DNA of 43,618 nt, counting the filler, from Catajapyx aquilonaris (lineage: Eukaryota): assembly GCA_000934665.2 (NCBI GenBank). It is 2 parts of 2 records of this genome, joined end to end, with 100 filler letters (N's around TTAATTAATTAA, not from the genome) between each part and the next. Parts side by side here need not be neighbours in the genome. Positions count along the whole stretch, not along the records: positions 1 to 21,764 come from JYFJ02005984.1; positions 21,865 to 43,618 come from JYFJ02005985.1. One strand, given 5' to 3'. Below, piece after piece: positions 14,755 through 26,234 of the stretch (within the stretch, counting starts at the first letter, position 1; every line of letters begins with the position of its first letter). The notes below the pieces were generated by a model. That model worked only from the letters and a program-made list of their open reading frames with translations, ran no database searches and was not told the DNA's origin. The position numbers and the translations under genes are program-made.

Positions 14755-14863
14755 GTTATTATTGTTATTGTTGTTGTTATTATTGTTATTATTATTATTA
14801 TTATTATTGTTATTGTTATTGTTATTATTATTGTTATTATTATTATTGTTATTGTTATTGTTA

Positions 14864-14906
<43 letters not shown>
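14711..14906. repeat. (ATT/GTT)n microsatellite
   Basis: Directly visible. Confidence 0.98.
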
Positions 14907-14907
<1 letters not shown>

Positions 14908-15248
14908 TCATTTCATTTTTTACTGTACCCCATTATCGGGCCCTGGGCCCTTGTTAGGGGAGTGGGATACCACCATGTTTGGAACAGTACATAATCTGTA
15001 TGTTTTAATTATTGCTCCAAGGGTAAGTAGGAGGGGATGTGCCAAGTGCAAGTGCAAGTGCAATGTCATATATTGGTCATTTTGTGGACTCCCCCGGGTG
15101 GATTAGTCTAGCGTAAATTTCCACCCGAGAAGAAGCCAGAGATGGCCCAACTCTGCACGAGATGAAGGGGGGAACCCCGGGCTGGGGTCGAACCCGGGAC
15201 CTTAACATCCGTGGGCGCGTGCGTTACCGCAGCACCACTCCGCATCCC
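14907..15248 (-). mobile_element. tRNA-derived SINE (family 3), sharing its 3' tail with family 2
   Basis: Minus strand has A-box-like TGGTGCTGCGG and B-box GGTTCGACCCC (15184-15194). It shares GACATTGCACTTGCAC and ATGGTGGT.TCCCACTCCCCTA..AAGGGCC...GGCCC.ATAA with the SINE at 14362-14708. Confidence 0.85.

Positions 15249-15249
<1 letters not shown>

Positions 15250-15316
<67 letters not shown>
15250..15316. repeat. Pure (ATT)n microsatellite
   Basis: Directly visible. Confidence 0.98.
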
Positions 15317-15382
15317 CTTAGATTTAAAAAACAGGCTTACACTGGGAGACTCAATCATTCTATAATAGTGTACATAGGCCTA

Positions 15383-15722
15383 TGTAACAAGGCATGTTGT
15401 ACTATGTATTTTTTGTTTGTAAGCTTGCATTTTGGAAAGGGGCATTTCACGTTGAGAATGTATAAATACAGGTGGGGAGGCCTTGAAGAGGAGACTCCCG
15501 GGGTAGCGTAGAAGGAGAGCGTGTGTGCTCTATCCTTCGGATTGAGGTGTTGCGATAGGCACCCCATTCCCACATCGACTTTGGTGTACAAGCGTTGGAA
15601 TAAGTTGTAGAAGGAGATTGTACCCTGTGAGTGAATAAGATCAATGTGAAATCTCACCCTGGAGTTATTCAATTACCTGCATCGATACGTTTGACCTATC
15701 AGTTTGGAGAAAGAGTGTTACA
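15383..15722 (+). mobile_element. Solo LTR (340 bp)
   Basis: TGTAACA...TGTTACA inverted termini, exact 5-bp TSD GCCTA (15378-15382 and 15723-15727), internal TATAAA at 15461. Confidence 0.85.
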
Positions 15723-16504
15723 GCCTATATAGGTTTTTGTTTAAAACCCTTTCTCTATACAAAATGAGGGTGCTAAGACAAAATGAATCCTCTCTGCATA
15801 ATATGACCTCCTGATGTCCGGGAACTAACCTTCAGAATTTTCCTGAATTATTTTGAAGCATATTGTATCGGAATGGCTTATGAACTGCAGCATGTACAGT
15901 ATAATGTTGAGAACTTACTAACATTTTGTAGCCCCTTTGACTTCAACGTAGTTAATTCATGTGCAGGTACGCACTTTTCAACTTCATAATGTTATTGAAG
16001 AGTGATAATATAGTTTAAGTTGTCAGGGTCAGAGAGTAATGGTTTTATGCTAGATTTGGAAGAACGATTTTCTGTTTGTTCCTTTGCTGTACTGACTCAA
16101 AGGAAAACCGCTAAAGGGGAAGAGACTCGAAAGCGGACCTGCCTGCAACAGAATCTACAAGGCATATAAGCTGCACATGAAGGAGAAGGATGCGCAGAAA
16201 ATTCCGACATGGAGGAAAGTAGGCCCAAGTCAACAAAAAAATAGAAAAATGCGTCTAGGACTCAACAAATAGTATTTTATTGGCAGAATGTGATGCCTCA
16301 CCGCATCTGGGACGGATCATGATATCAAAGGTTATAATTTATATGAAGAGGCGGCTCGGTAATAGCCTACCTCTGGTAATTCACGGGGAGAAAGGAGGAG
16401 GATAATTATACTGCACAGGTGTGCATAATAGTGCCTCACAATAAGTAGGGAAAAGCTGCTTAAATTACTCATAACGGTGACTATACGAAAGAAGAAGTGT
16501 AACT

Positions 16505-18370
16505 GGGTGGTTCCATTTCAGATCAGGCCAGATCCAGAAAAGTTGTCAGGGCTTGGTCTCCGATTATTACGGAAAAATTACACGAAGTACCGCTGTCGAA
16601 ATGATGACGAATGACACTGGCTATTTTTCAGTGTCATTTTCTATTTGCCCTGAAAAAAATCATAACCGCAGGGGTACCAAATCAGCTATTTCTCGAAGTT
16701 CATTTTTTCTCAACTTTGGACGCGTGTACCAATTTTCCTATACGTCACAGAAAAACCAAATTTGGAATGGAGCAACTGCCTACCTAGGTCTGAATTTTCG
16801 ATATAAAATAATTGCGAATGTATAATTAGCAACCGCGCAGAAAATTGGCAAAAATGCTGTTTTACGATATTTTAGCAGTTTTCGCGAATTTTTTTCTTTG
16901 CAAAAAAATATTTGTGGGCAAATGAAACATGTATACTTTGAGTACAACTCATACCCTCTCTACTTATCAGCTTTGTTAAGCTTTGAAGTCAAATATTAAC
17001 AGCGGAGCCATTGTTGAACATTGTCAACTTCGCAAAACATGGTTTGGAAGAAAATAATTTTCTCAAAAACACCACCCAATAATTGAACGCCTATTTATTT
17101 CTGGACAGAGGAACATGAGAGCCACACACCAGTGCAAAAATGTCTCTCCTCCCAAGGCTTATGATCCCGATTTGAATTTTATTACTTACTCGTTTCCGGC
17201 GCTCTCCATGTAGCCCACCGACCCAATCCCATGGCTCATAGCATCATGTACCCCGGTACATTTGATTAGAACTTCTCTCGTACATGTAGGCTACATGTGA
17301 TTGTATGATACCTTGAAACTTATTCCTGATACTGGTTAATGCTATGTGAGGTCCGGTGAGGTCAAATCAGGCATAGAGGTTTTTCCAGAAGTCACACCAA
17401 ATGTTGCCATTACTGGAACGTGAAACGTGGCCAGGTTACTGTGCAAAGAACTGCGCAACATTTGGTGTGACTTCTGGAAAAATGTGAGTAAGACTTTGCA
17501 ATACCTCTATGCCTGATTTGACCTCACCGGACCTCACATAGCATTAACCAGTATCAGGAATAAGTTTCAAGGTATCATACAATCACATGTAGTCTACATG
17601 TACGAGAGAAGTTCTAATCAAATGTACCGGGGTACATGATGCTATGAGCCATGGGATTGGGTCGGTGGGCTACATGGAGTGCGCCGGAAACGAGTAAGTA
17701 ATAAAATTCAAATCGGGATCATAAACCTCGGGAGGAGAGGAATTTTTGCACTGGTGTGTGGCTCACATGTTCCTCTGTCCAGTAATAAATAGGCGTTCAA
17801 TTATCGGGTGGTGTTTTTGAGAAAATTATTTTCTTCCAAACCATGTTTTGCGAAGTTGACAATGTTCAACAATGGCTCCGCTGTTAACATTTGACTTCAA
17901 AGCTTAACAAAGCTGATAAGTAGAGAGGGTATGAGTTGTACTCAAAGTCTACATGTTTCATTTGCCCACAAATATTTTTTTTGCAAATAAAAAAATTCGC
18001 GAAAACTGCTAAAATGTCGTAAAACAGCATTTTTGCCAATTTTTTGCGCGGTTGCTAATTATACATTTGCAATTATTTTATATCGAAAATTCAGACCTAG
18101 GTAGGCAGTTGCTCCATTCCAAATTTGGTTTTTCTGTGACGTATAGGAAAATTGGTACACGCGTCCAAAGTTGAGAAAAAATGAACTTCGAGAAATAGCA
18201 GATTTGGTACCCCTTCGGTTATGATTTTTTTCAGGACAAATAGAAAATGACACTGAAAAATAACCAGTGTCATTCGTCATCATTTCGACAGTGGTACTTC
18301 GTGCAATTTTTTCGTAATAATCGGAGACCAAGCCCTGACAGCCTCCGCCTGATTTGAAATGGAACCACCC
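16505..18370. mobile_element. 1,866-bp palindromic (foldback-like) non-autonomous DNA transposon
   Basis: Arms 16505-17407 and 17455-18370 are reverse complements (about 25 differences by hand count plus a 20-bp indel), with a 47-bp spacer, GGGTGGTTCC...GGAACCACCC ends and a 4-bp TSD AACT. Confidence 0.92.
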
Positions 18371-18709
18371 AACTTCTTCGAATCAGTGTTATTAATAGAC
18401 TATGTTGTTAACCTGGCCATTACTTTTAGGATCTCTGGACGTGACAGATAGCCTACGTGTATCTGTATAGAGATTCAGATTGTTGATGTTTTGATGTCTC
18501 GAATTTGACCACGTAAAGAAGTGATAAAAAAGTTCCCGATGGTCACAATGACTGTCACAAAACAATAAATCATGCAGTAAAAAAATCAGTCCTAACATAA
18601 CTTCTCAACACAAAATCAAGTGCTATAATCTGTGAGTAACTCATACTCATCACATACACAATAAGCAGAAAGAAAATAAGTCGTCCCCGAACAAATACGT
18701 AACACTATA

Positions 18710-20165
18710 CGTCGGTCATCCGATAATATTGTATTGGCAAGACTGCTGTAATTTTCGTATCGGTACACACTTGAACATTTCACATTACCCACTAGGTGTA
18801 GTCCCCAGCTATTTTTATGGCATTTTTCCATATCCATGGAAAGCATCGAACACTGTCAGCAGCATTTTTTGTGGACATGCATCACGCAGAGATCGCCCTA
18901 AGACATGCTTCCCTCTCACAGAAACGAAAGCCATGTTGTAACGGTACGTTGGGGGATAGGTGGGAATAACGTACAAGGGTGGGCTAATAACTAGTATATT
19001 ACAATATGATACATAAATACAGTGAGAAGGAGTAGGAAGTAAGAAAGGAAGGAAGGACCTGATCAGGCAAAGGATAGGGTGAAAGAGGACGAGGAGTGAG
19101 CCCACCAGTCCAACTCCTATTTATGGAGTCCCTCACTCTGGGGGTCAAGGGGAGGTGGCTTGGGGGAGGATTGGAAAAGGGTTGCAGGAAGGACGCGGGG
19201 TCATGACCCGATAAGTCTATGGAGGAGAGAAGAGGGTGAGCATGCTGGACAGGAAGGGACTAATTAGCAGGAGGGGGAAGGTGGGTGGTGAGGAAGGACT
19301 GGTATAATGTAAGGGTTCCTTCATTTTTGTAGTTGATTGTAGGCACATGTTGGCCTACTCATATCAGAGAGTGAGGATGTTCCAACAGCTCCCATTCCAA
19401 TTTCTGAAGAAAATAATTTCCGAATAGCAATGGCCACATGACAGCAACGGTTGTCGTGGAAGACAATGGGTCCCCTCTGCAACTTTCTGGGCGGAGATGA
19501 TATTGTAATTATGGCGAATTATGGTATTGATGCTTATTTCCAATTTTCATTGCCAATTCGCAATTCCTTGCAGGTCCATATCCAACTGAGTTGTCACAGC
19601 TTCGACATAGGCCGGGTCCTTTGAAGTACGGGAGGGGGGCCTTCTTTAAACGCTTGTATACGAACCTCGCAATGGTATGATACGGGAGGCAGAGTCACCA
19701 CACGTCTGCACAAGACCTTGATGGTGCTGTCTGGCATATTTTCCACGTGAAATAGGGATAATCTTGATGAAGCAGTGCTGCCTGCGCTTATATAGGGCGC
19801 TCAAGTAAATGGGTACACTTGAACAGGCACTGCTCCACATATACTGCTGCGACTGCTTCGGAAATGGTACCGTAGTGTTCCCCAGGGCTGACCCTAAAAG
19901 CACATATCCACATTCATTCCTGGCAGCCTGGGGTGCCAAGTGGTGCCAATAATATTGAACCCCTCCCTCGAATAAGGATGCATGTCGCAAAATTGCCGAA
20001 ATTGAACTGGCCAGTGGAGAAGGTAGTATCCCTTCCACTCCATCATATGATACCACCTAGGTCCGTCTGTGGTAGTTAGTGTTTTTCGTTTTTCGCTAAA
20101 CTTCACTTTTGTTACATATACACACCCTTCTTCAAGGGAGGGGTTCAATTATCGGACAACCCTCG
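18710..20165 (-). mobile_element. Degenerate mariner transposon with both TIRs, interrupted by a solo LTR
   Basis: TA-flanked TIRs CG..GGT..TCCGATAAT at both ends. Minus-strand fragments match mariner motifs in order: RQHCFIKI..RGK.ARQ.HQGLVQ.CGDSA (N-terminus), IVFHDN...LEWELLEHP (DDD region) and HGFRF...W....AGDY (C-terminus), with stops, frameshifts and deletions. Confidence 0.8.
18937..19345 (-). mobile_element. Solo LTR (409 bp) nested in the mariner
   Basis: TG...CA ends with 5-bp TSD CATGT (18932-18936 and 19346-19350) and a TATA-like CATAAATAG on the minus strand. Mariner coding remnants resume on both sides. Confidence 0.7.
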
Positions 20166-21552
20166 TAATTATGGATTCCATGACCACTCCCCAGTACATG
20201 ATGAATCCTTATAGGCGGCCACTGTGACTCAGTGGCTGAATGTCTGCTCTTGCTCTTGCTACTTAGCTTGCCAGAGCTGCATCTGGCCAGCGCAACTGCA
20301 TGTGGCTGAGGCAGTTACATTCGGGACTTCCCGCTTAGCTTTATGTATGCAACCACGGAACGCCTCACTCTCCTGGCCTCCCCTCCATCTCACCCCATGT
20401 CTCAAGTTGCTTCCCTCCCGTTGTCTGGTCTGAACTGAACGCGTGTTTAGGACAACCTCTTATAAATAATTCTTATCATTTGCTTAGACTGAAATTGAAT
20501 AAATTATTGATAGTAGTACCTCTATGAAGCTGCAAAAATCGGATGTTGTCTTCTAAGGCATAGGCTACTGGTTTCACATGGGATGTTTTAAAATTAATTA
20601 TCCATGTTTCCGATCCAAACGTAACTTGTGAAAATGGTTTCTCTTAAATATTGCTGCCATGCTACAAAATTATTCAATAGTACTGCCCTGGGTGTTATTT
20701 CCAGGGATGCCAAGTTATTCAATATATGGCAATTTGAAAATGACGTACTGTACGTATATGTTTTTCATCTTCTGAAAAATAAACCATTATTTACTGGTTG
20801 CATTTTGAGCATGTGCCCCTCAGTTAGTGTTGTCGCATGGGTCATCAAGAACTCAGTCTTCTTGTAGTAAGAATGAAACTATTTAAAAATAGTTTTCACA
20901 AACTAACTCAATTTTTCTTATAATGGACTTAGTTGAATTAATAATTCTTGAAATTAATACAGCTCCATGACAGCCTTCTTTTTAGCTTCAGTTGCTTATA
21001 CCGGTACTTGTAGAACACTCCAGGCCGTCATCTTTGCTTCTGCAATGAGTATCGTACCTGGAATTTTAGTTCAGAGAAAGTTCACAACGAGGAACCGTAC
21101 TAAAAAGGGATGAACCTAAGTGCAGGGCTGAAATATTTGCCTAATACAGCTACCGTTTTTTAAAGATTTGGACAGAAGGTGGTGGGGTAGGAGAAGTTGG
21201 ATTTTAACATTTTAATTTTCACAAAATACTTTTCAAACTTGTTCTTACATGTCGCATCTATTACAGGATAAGTTGTTTTTATCCGATAGCAAAAAATATT
21301 GAAATTTGTTCGTAATAATGCCAGATGCAAATGTGAAATTCATGTAAGTTTTTTTCTTCTAGAACTGTAGATTCGGGTTGTGCGAAAATCTTCATTTCAA
21401 ATTCTCAATCTTGCAATTTATCCCATTTCAAATCACGACAGGTGGCGCAAGGAAGGATAAATGGTTTTAATTTTAATTTTACAAACAATGCTAAATTGTG
21501 AATGATTTTTTAAAGATTACAGGTTGTTCATTAAAACTGGGACTAACGTATC

Positions 21553-21764
21553 TGTGACCCGAGCGGTTGGGCCACACGGAAGAAAGACGCAGTGGGTAGG
21601 TTCAAGTACAATTTTATTTAGCTCGTAAGTCTGTGAGTACGCAACGTAGAGGGTGGAGTGGTAGGAAAGAGAGAGAGGAGTGTCCAGAGTAGCGGACCGA
21701 CCAAATGCCAGGATATTCTTCTGAGCACTGGCCTCGAGTATTCAGCTGCACTGGTTTATAAAGG
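21553..21764 (-). mobile_element. Possible LTR end truncated by the assembly gap
   Basis: Starts TGTGAC, has a minus-strand AATAAA (TTTATT at about 21613) and TTTATAAA at about 21755. The other end and TSD are not visible. Confidence 0.35.
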
Positions 21765-21864
21765 NNNNNNNNNNNNNNNNNNNNNNNNNNNNNNNNNNNN
21801 NNNNNNNNTTAATTAATTAANNNNNNNNNNNNNNNNNNNNNNNNNNNNNNNNNNNNNNNNNNNN
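21765..21864. other. Assembly gap: 44 N + TTAATTAATTAA + 44 N (artificial six-frame-stop linker)
   Basis: Symmetric 100-base block; TTAATTAATTAA gives stops in all six frames. Confidence 0.95.
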
Positions 21865-22043
21865 AATTTCGGAACTTCAAGGTCACGGCGCGACCTCTAA
21901 ATATTATCCGATATTACCTATATTTTGCAAAAGTCCTTTTTTTGTCAAAAGGAAACTTTTCGTGACAATCGTTGCTGACTTTTCAAACTTTCGTCATTTT
22001 TGGACCACCCTATTGCACACTCATGTATTGCATGACCATGCAT

Positions 22044-22199
22044 GAGACCAACAGCGATGCCTTTGTAAACATCATCAGACCCGGTGCAAGAAAAATATTC
22101 AGACAGTTAACTGCCAACGTGGTTAACAAGGTTCAGAGGAAAATATCACTGGAAGACCTCGCAGGAAGCCAATATCTGAAGAAATCGTTTGATTTGTAA
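22044..22199 (+). pseudogene. takeout/JHBP-like copy A0: orphan, 5'-truncated last exon
   Basis: ETNSDAFVNIIRPGARKIFRQLTANVVNKVQRKISLEDLAGSQYLKKSFDL* is homologous to exon 6 of the neighbours. The acceptor and first codons are missing; AATAAA at 22230. Upstream exons may be lost in the gap. Confidence 0.8.
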
Positions 22200-22840
22200 A
22201 TGTGTTGTGTCATCCCAGTTTATGGTTGGAATAAATAATGTAGCTGATACATAATAATAATCATAATTCAATTTTGGTTTCGTGATATTTGTTGAGACGT
22301 TTCAAGTCATTGGATTTTCAAAGATGCCCAAGACACATTTACCATAACCAAGGAAGAATGTCCCTCTATTTCGATTGCAATGTAGTGCATAACAGGATCA
22401 CAATAACTTGAGAAAAGACATGTATTCCAGCGAAACAACAATAGCAAAATTAGTGCCTCACGATAAATATTTTTCTCTCATGACCTCGACTGAACCTACT
22501 TCGTCATTGTCTTACTATAGTCGTCAGTTCGTCACACCTTCGGAAAAACCTGCAAGCAGAAACCGTGCCATGAACTATATACTACTAGTGAGGTGAATGT
22601 AATGCCTCCTGTGGGTCTAATGACACATTCTTATGAATGAATTTTATTGTGACCTTGGAGTGCCCTTGGTTACATATCAAGCTCATCTGTATGCCGATAT
22701 AGTTAATTCCACCAAGGCTCACTGGTAGAATGCAAATTATACTTTTTTGTTATATAATTCATGTTATAAAACGTATTCTGAAAGGCACACTGTGCTGAAT
22801 AAAAAAGTCGCATTCGTCATTTGTCCACAGAACTTAGCAG

Positions 22841-24220
22841 ATGAAGTCCTTACTCGTCTTGTGTCTTTTGGGAAGTGCATGTGCCATCACACTTGGTGAG
22901 ATTCTCTTAAGATATGGAAAGATTTAAAATATTTGCTACTTAATACCATAGGCTACTATTCCAGATGAGGCGTACAAGAGATGCAAGAATGTGACTCGTC
23001 AAGAATTAGAGCCATGTTTGGTACAACTCATCAACGACCTTCGACCACTCATTAGAACAGGTATTTGCATCAGGGTGAATTTATTTAAAAATTAAGTAGG
23101 CCTATAATTATGAGTAAGTTGCCGCGATTTGTATACGATAGCAGTGCAGCAGTCAATGTAACGACAAATAGGCTTTTCCCTCCTGGCACGGATATAAAGG
23201 ATATCATACTTTTGAATATGAGCATGAACTTGCAACATTCTAGGCATCCCTGAGCTGGGGATCAAAGGTAACACAATAAACTCCGAGTCAGTGGCGTACG
23301 ACGTGAGAGAAGGCCCTAACAATTATGTGGCCATTTCATACGACGGGCTGGTTGTCAGGGGCTTTCATGACTTCGAAATGAAGTACCTGAAGTGAGCTTC
23401 ATTTTTGAAATTTACTATTTTGTAATGGACATGCGCATCATAATCGTTGTGTTCTTTGTGCAGGGTGGACTACGATGAGAAGGTGGCGGCGTGGTCCGTC
23501 GTTATTCCGAAATTGTACGGCACTTCTCAGTACATCATGGACGCAAAAATTCTGTACTTTCCACTCTATGGAAATGGAACAGTTTTCGTTGACACAGGTG
23601 AAGAAACAGTGCACAACAACTGTATGCGGGAAAATAATATTACAATAAATACGCATGTATTTTTTTGCAGATAATTTTCAGTTTAATGGCATCTCCAAGT
23701 TGGATGTTAAGAAGATCAACGGTGACTGGCGTCTCCAGGAGGTTGACACAGACATGACGTTTGCGTACGAAAAGACTCACTTCAAATTCAGCAACCTGTG
23801 CGATGGGAATGATGCCATGGGTATGCAAACTAAAGAGTAATGCTCCAGCTTTCAACAATTAACAGAATTCAGCCATTCTTCAAAAGCAGCAATCAGGGGG
23901 AAGGAATGGAGTTCAAATCTTACATATGACAACACGGGGGAAAAGATTAGTGGAGTACCAGCAGGGAACTCCGAGTGACCCACACGAACACTAAGAGAGA
24001 CACCAGGACACTTACTGACAAGCACTGTGATTCATTTGCAGAAGCAGCAGCCTCTCAATTTGTGGATACCAACGTGGATGCTCTGACCAACATGATGAGA
24101 CCCGGTGCAAGAAAGGCATTCAGACAGTTAACTGCAAATATGGTCAACCATGTTCTAAGCAAAATATCACTGGAAGACTTGGCAGGAAGCCAATACCTGA
24201 AGGAAGCATTTGGGTTGTAG
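22841..24220 (+). CDS. Secreted takeout/JHBP-family protein, copy A1 (253 aa, 6 exons)
   Basis: Exons 22841-22895, 22965-23060, 23244-23391, 23464-23597, 23671-23820 and 24042-24220, all GT-AG, phases 1,1,2,1,1, open frame. Signal peptide MKSLLVLCLLGSACA; C-x10-C; P-L-I-x-x-GIPELGI; QYIMDAKILYFPLYGNG; FSNLCDGN. AATAAA at 24292. Confidence 0.9.
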
Positions 24221-24491
24221 AATGCTTTGTGTCATTCCAGTATGTCTGAACTAACTACGGAGACATAATGTGTCATTCCAGTTTATCGCTAAATAAATGT
24301 GGGTAATTTAAAAAGTGAGTTTTGGGCTCTTGATGTTCATATTGTGCTCTGTATAAGATATAATAAATTTATGATCTATATCATTAGAAATGTGTGCAAA
24401 TATGACTTTCCCAAGCTTCTTTGGTATTATGAAGCCCTATACACATTAGTTTGTCTATAGTGATTCTCCTTATCAGCTCGTCTCTATTTGA

Positions 24492-24605
24492 CAAGAGTTA
24501 CCTGTGCCGTTAACGACCGTTTACGTAACGCTGATTATGCAACGGCACCTGATACGTATGTAAACCGGATCGAAGGATGACCATTCGCACCTTTGCCTCT
24601 GAGCC
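24492..24605 (+). promoter_or_regulatory. Conserved subfamily-A proximal promoter block (also upstream of A3 and A4) with bZIP-type sites
   Basis: Alignable with about 26125-26234 and 27691-27788; contains TTACGTAA (24521-24528) and TTATGCAA (24535-24542). Confidence 0.55.
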
Positions 24606-25922
24606 ATGCAGTACAAGATCTTTGCATTCCTGCTTTTCATTACAGGCAGCGTCTTCGGCATCACATTAGGTAAGGTCTGATTATGAAATGGCATTTACAT
24701 GTGTTATTATAACAGTAATTATATTTCCAGATGAGGCGTACAAGCGATGCAAGCATGTGACGCGAGAGGAATTGGAGCCATGTGTGGTGCAACTCATCAA
24801 CGACCTTCGACCACTCATTCGAAAAGGTATTTAAATCAGTGCGAAATAAAATGATATTACCAGTGCGATTTTGTTTGAAACTACACCTTTGTAACAAGGT
24901 GTTTATAACTGAAATACTGTGTATGAATTTGTTGAAAGATTAAATTATAAACTCCAGATGGTGCATGTTTGTCATATTCTCCCTCCTGGCACGCGCATAA
25001 AAGATGTCGCAATTTTTAAAAAAATCTTATTTAACATGACTGTGATTACTTTTTCCAGGCATCCCAGAGTTGGGCATAAAAGATGGCAAAATAAATCCAA
25101 CTCCATTAACCTGGGAAAACAGGGAAGGACCCAACAGTTATGTGGTGTCTTCCTTCGACCATGCAGTTGTCAGAGGCTTTCTTGATTTCGATATGAAGTA
25201 CCTCAAGTATGTACAGTACGGTATTATAAAAATGCACAATGTTGTAACGCACATCATAATTATAGTATTGTGCTCTTTGTGCAGGGTGGACTACGATGAA
25301 AAGGTCGCGGCCTGGTCAGTGCTTATTCCGAAACCACAATCAGTCTCCCAGTACATTATGGATGCCAAAGTGCTCTTTTTTCCACTCTATGGAAATGGAA
25401 CGGCTTGGATAAGCGGAGGTGAAGGAATTGTCTTCAAAATATAATCTGGAAACTAATAATGTTTTGCATTTATTTATTCAGAGAATGTTCAGCTGAATGG
25501 CATCTCCAAGTTGGATGTCCAGAAGATCAACGGAGACTGGCGTCTGCAGGAGGTTGACACTGATTTGACCTTTGCCTATGAAAAATTCAACTTCAAATTT
25601 AGCAACCTGTGCGATGGAAATGAAGCCATGGGTAAACGCTCTACATAGTAATACTCGAGGTTTTAAACACCTAGTGAGCCCACGTGTATACCAGGAAGAT
25701 AAATTAATTATTATTATCAACAAATGTTTTGCTTCATTTGCAGAAGCAGCAGCCTCTCAATTCATGAAGACTAATGTTGATGCTCTGGTCAATATGCTCA
25801 GGCCGGGAACAAGAAAAATATTCAGACGGATCACTGGAGACATGGTCAACAAGGTTCTGAGCAAAATCTCACTGGAAGACATAGCAGGGAGCCAATATCT
25901 TAAGAACTCGTTTAATTTGTAG
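24606..25922 (+). CDS. takeout/JHBP-family protein, copy A2 (256 aa)
   Basis: Exons 24606-24669, 24731-24826, 25059-25206, 25285-25418, 25482-25631 and 25744-25922; open frame; AATAAA at 25953. Confidence 0.9.
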
Positions 25923-26234
25923 TTATTTTCTTTCATATCTGTTTATGGCTGAAATAAATATGGGCAATTAAAAGTTGAATTTTGGGCTCAAGTACATTCC
26001 AGCACAACACATAAAAACCGTTTGGAACAGATTTGCAATATTCTGTGTAATTTCCCTGATATGTGTAAAATTTTATTTTGAATTTCAACACTGACCTTTA
26101 TGACTTGCTGTGCTTCTGATCGACCAAGGGTTTCTTGTGGCATTAACGACTGTTTATGTAACGCTCGTTATGCAATACCTCGTGATATGTACACCTGATC
26201 GAAGGATGACCATTCTCACCTTTGCCTCTGAGTC

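Noticed and set aside
14640..15248. tRNA genes suggested by the A/B boxes
   Set aside because: No clean cloverleaf or acceptor stem is visible, and each continues into a SINE body and tail.
14058..15365. Long ORFs with poly-I/L/V tracts (109-232 aa)
   Set aside because: They are translations of (ATT/GTT)n microsatellites and SINE sequence, not proteins.
21809..21820. TTAATTAATTAA palindrome
   Set aside because: Artificial scaffold linker.
24577..24669. Out-of-frame upstream ATG ORF shared by A2, A3 and A4
   Set aside because: It probably lies at or before the transcription start, and sharing is explained by recent duplication.
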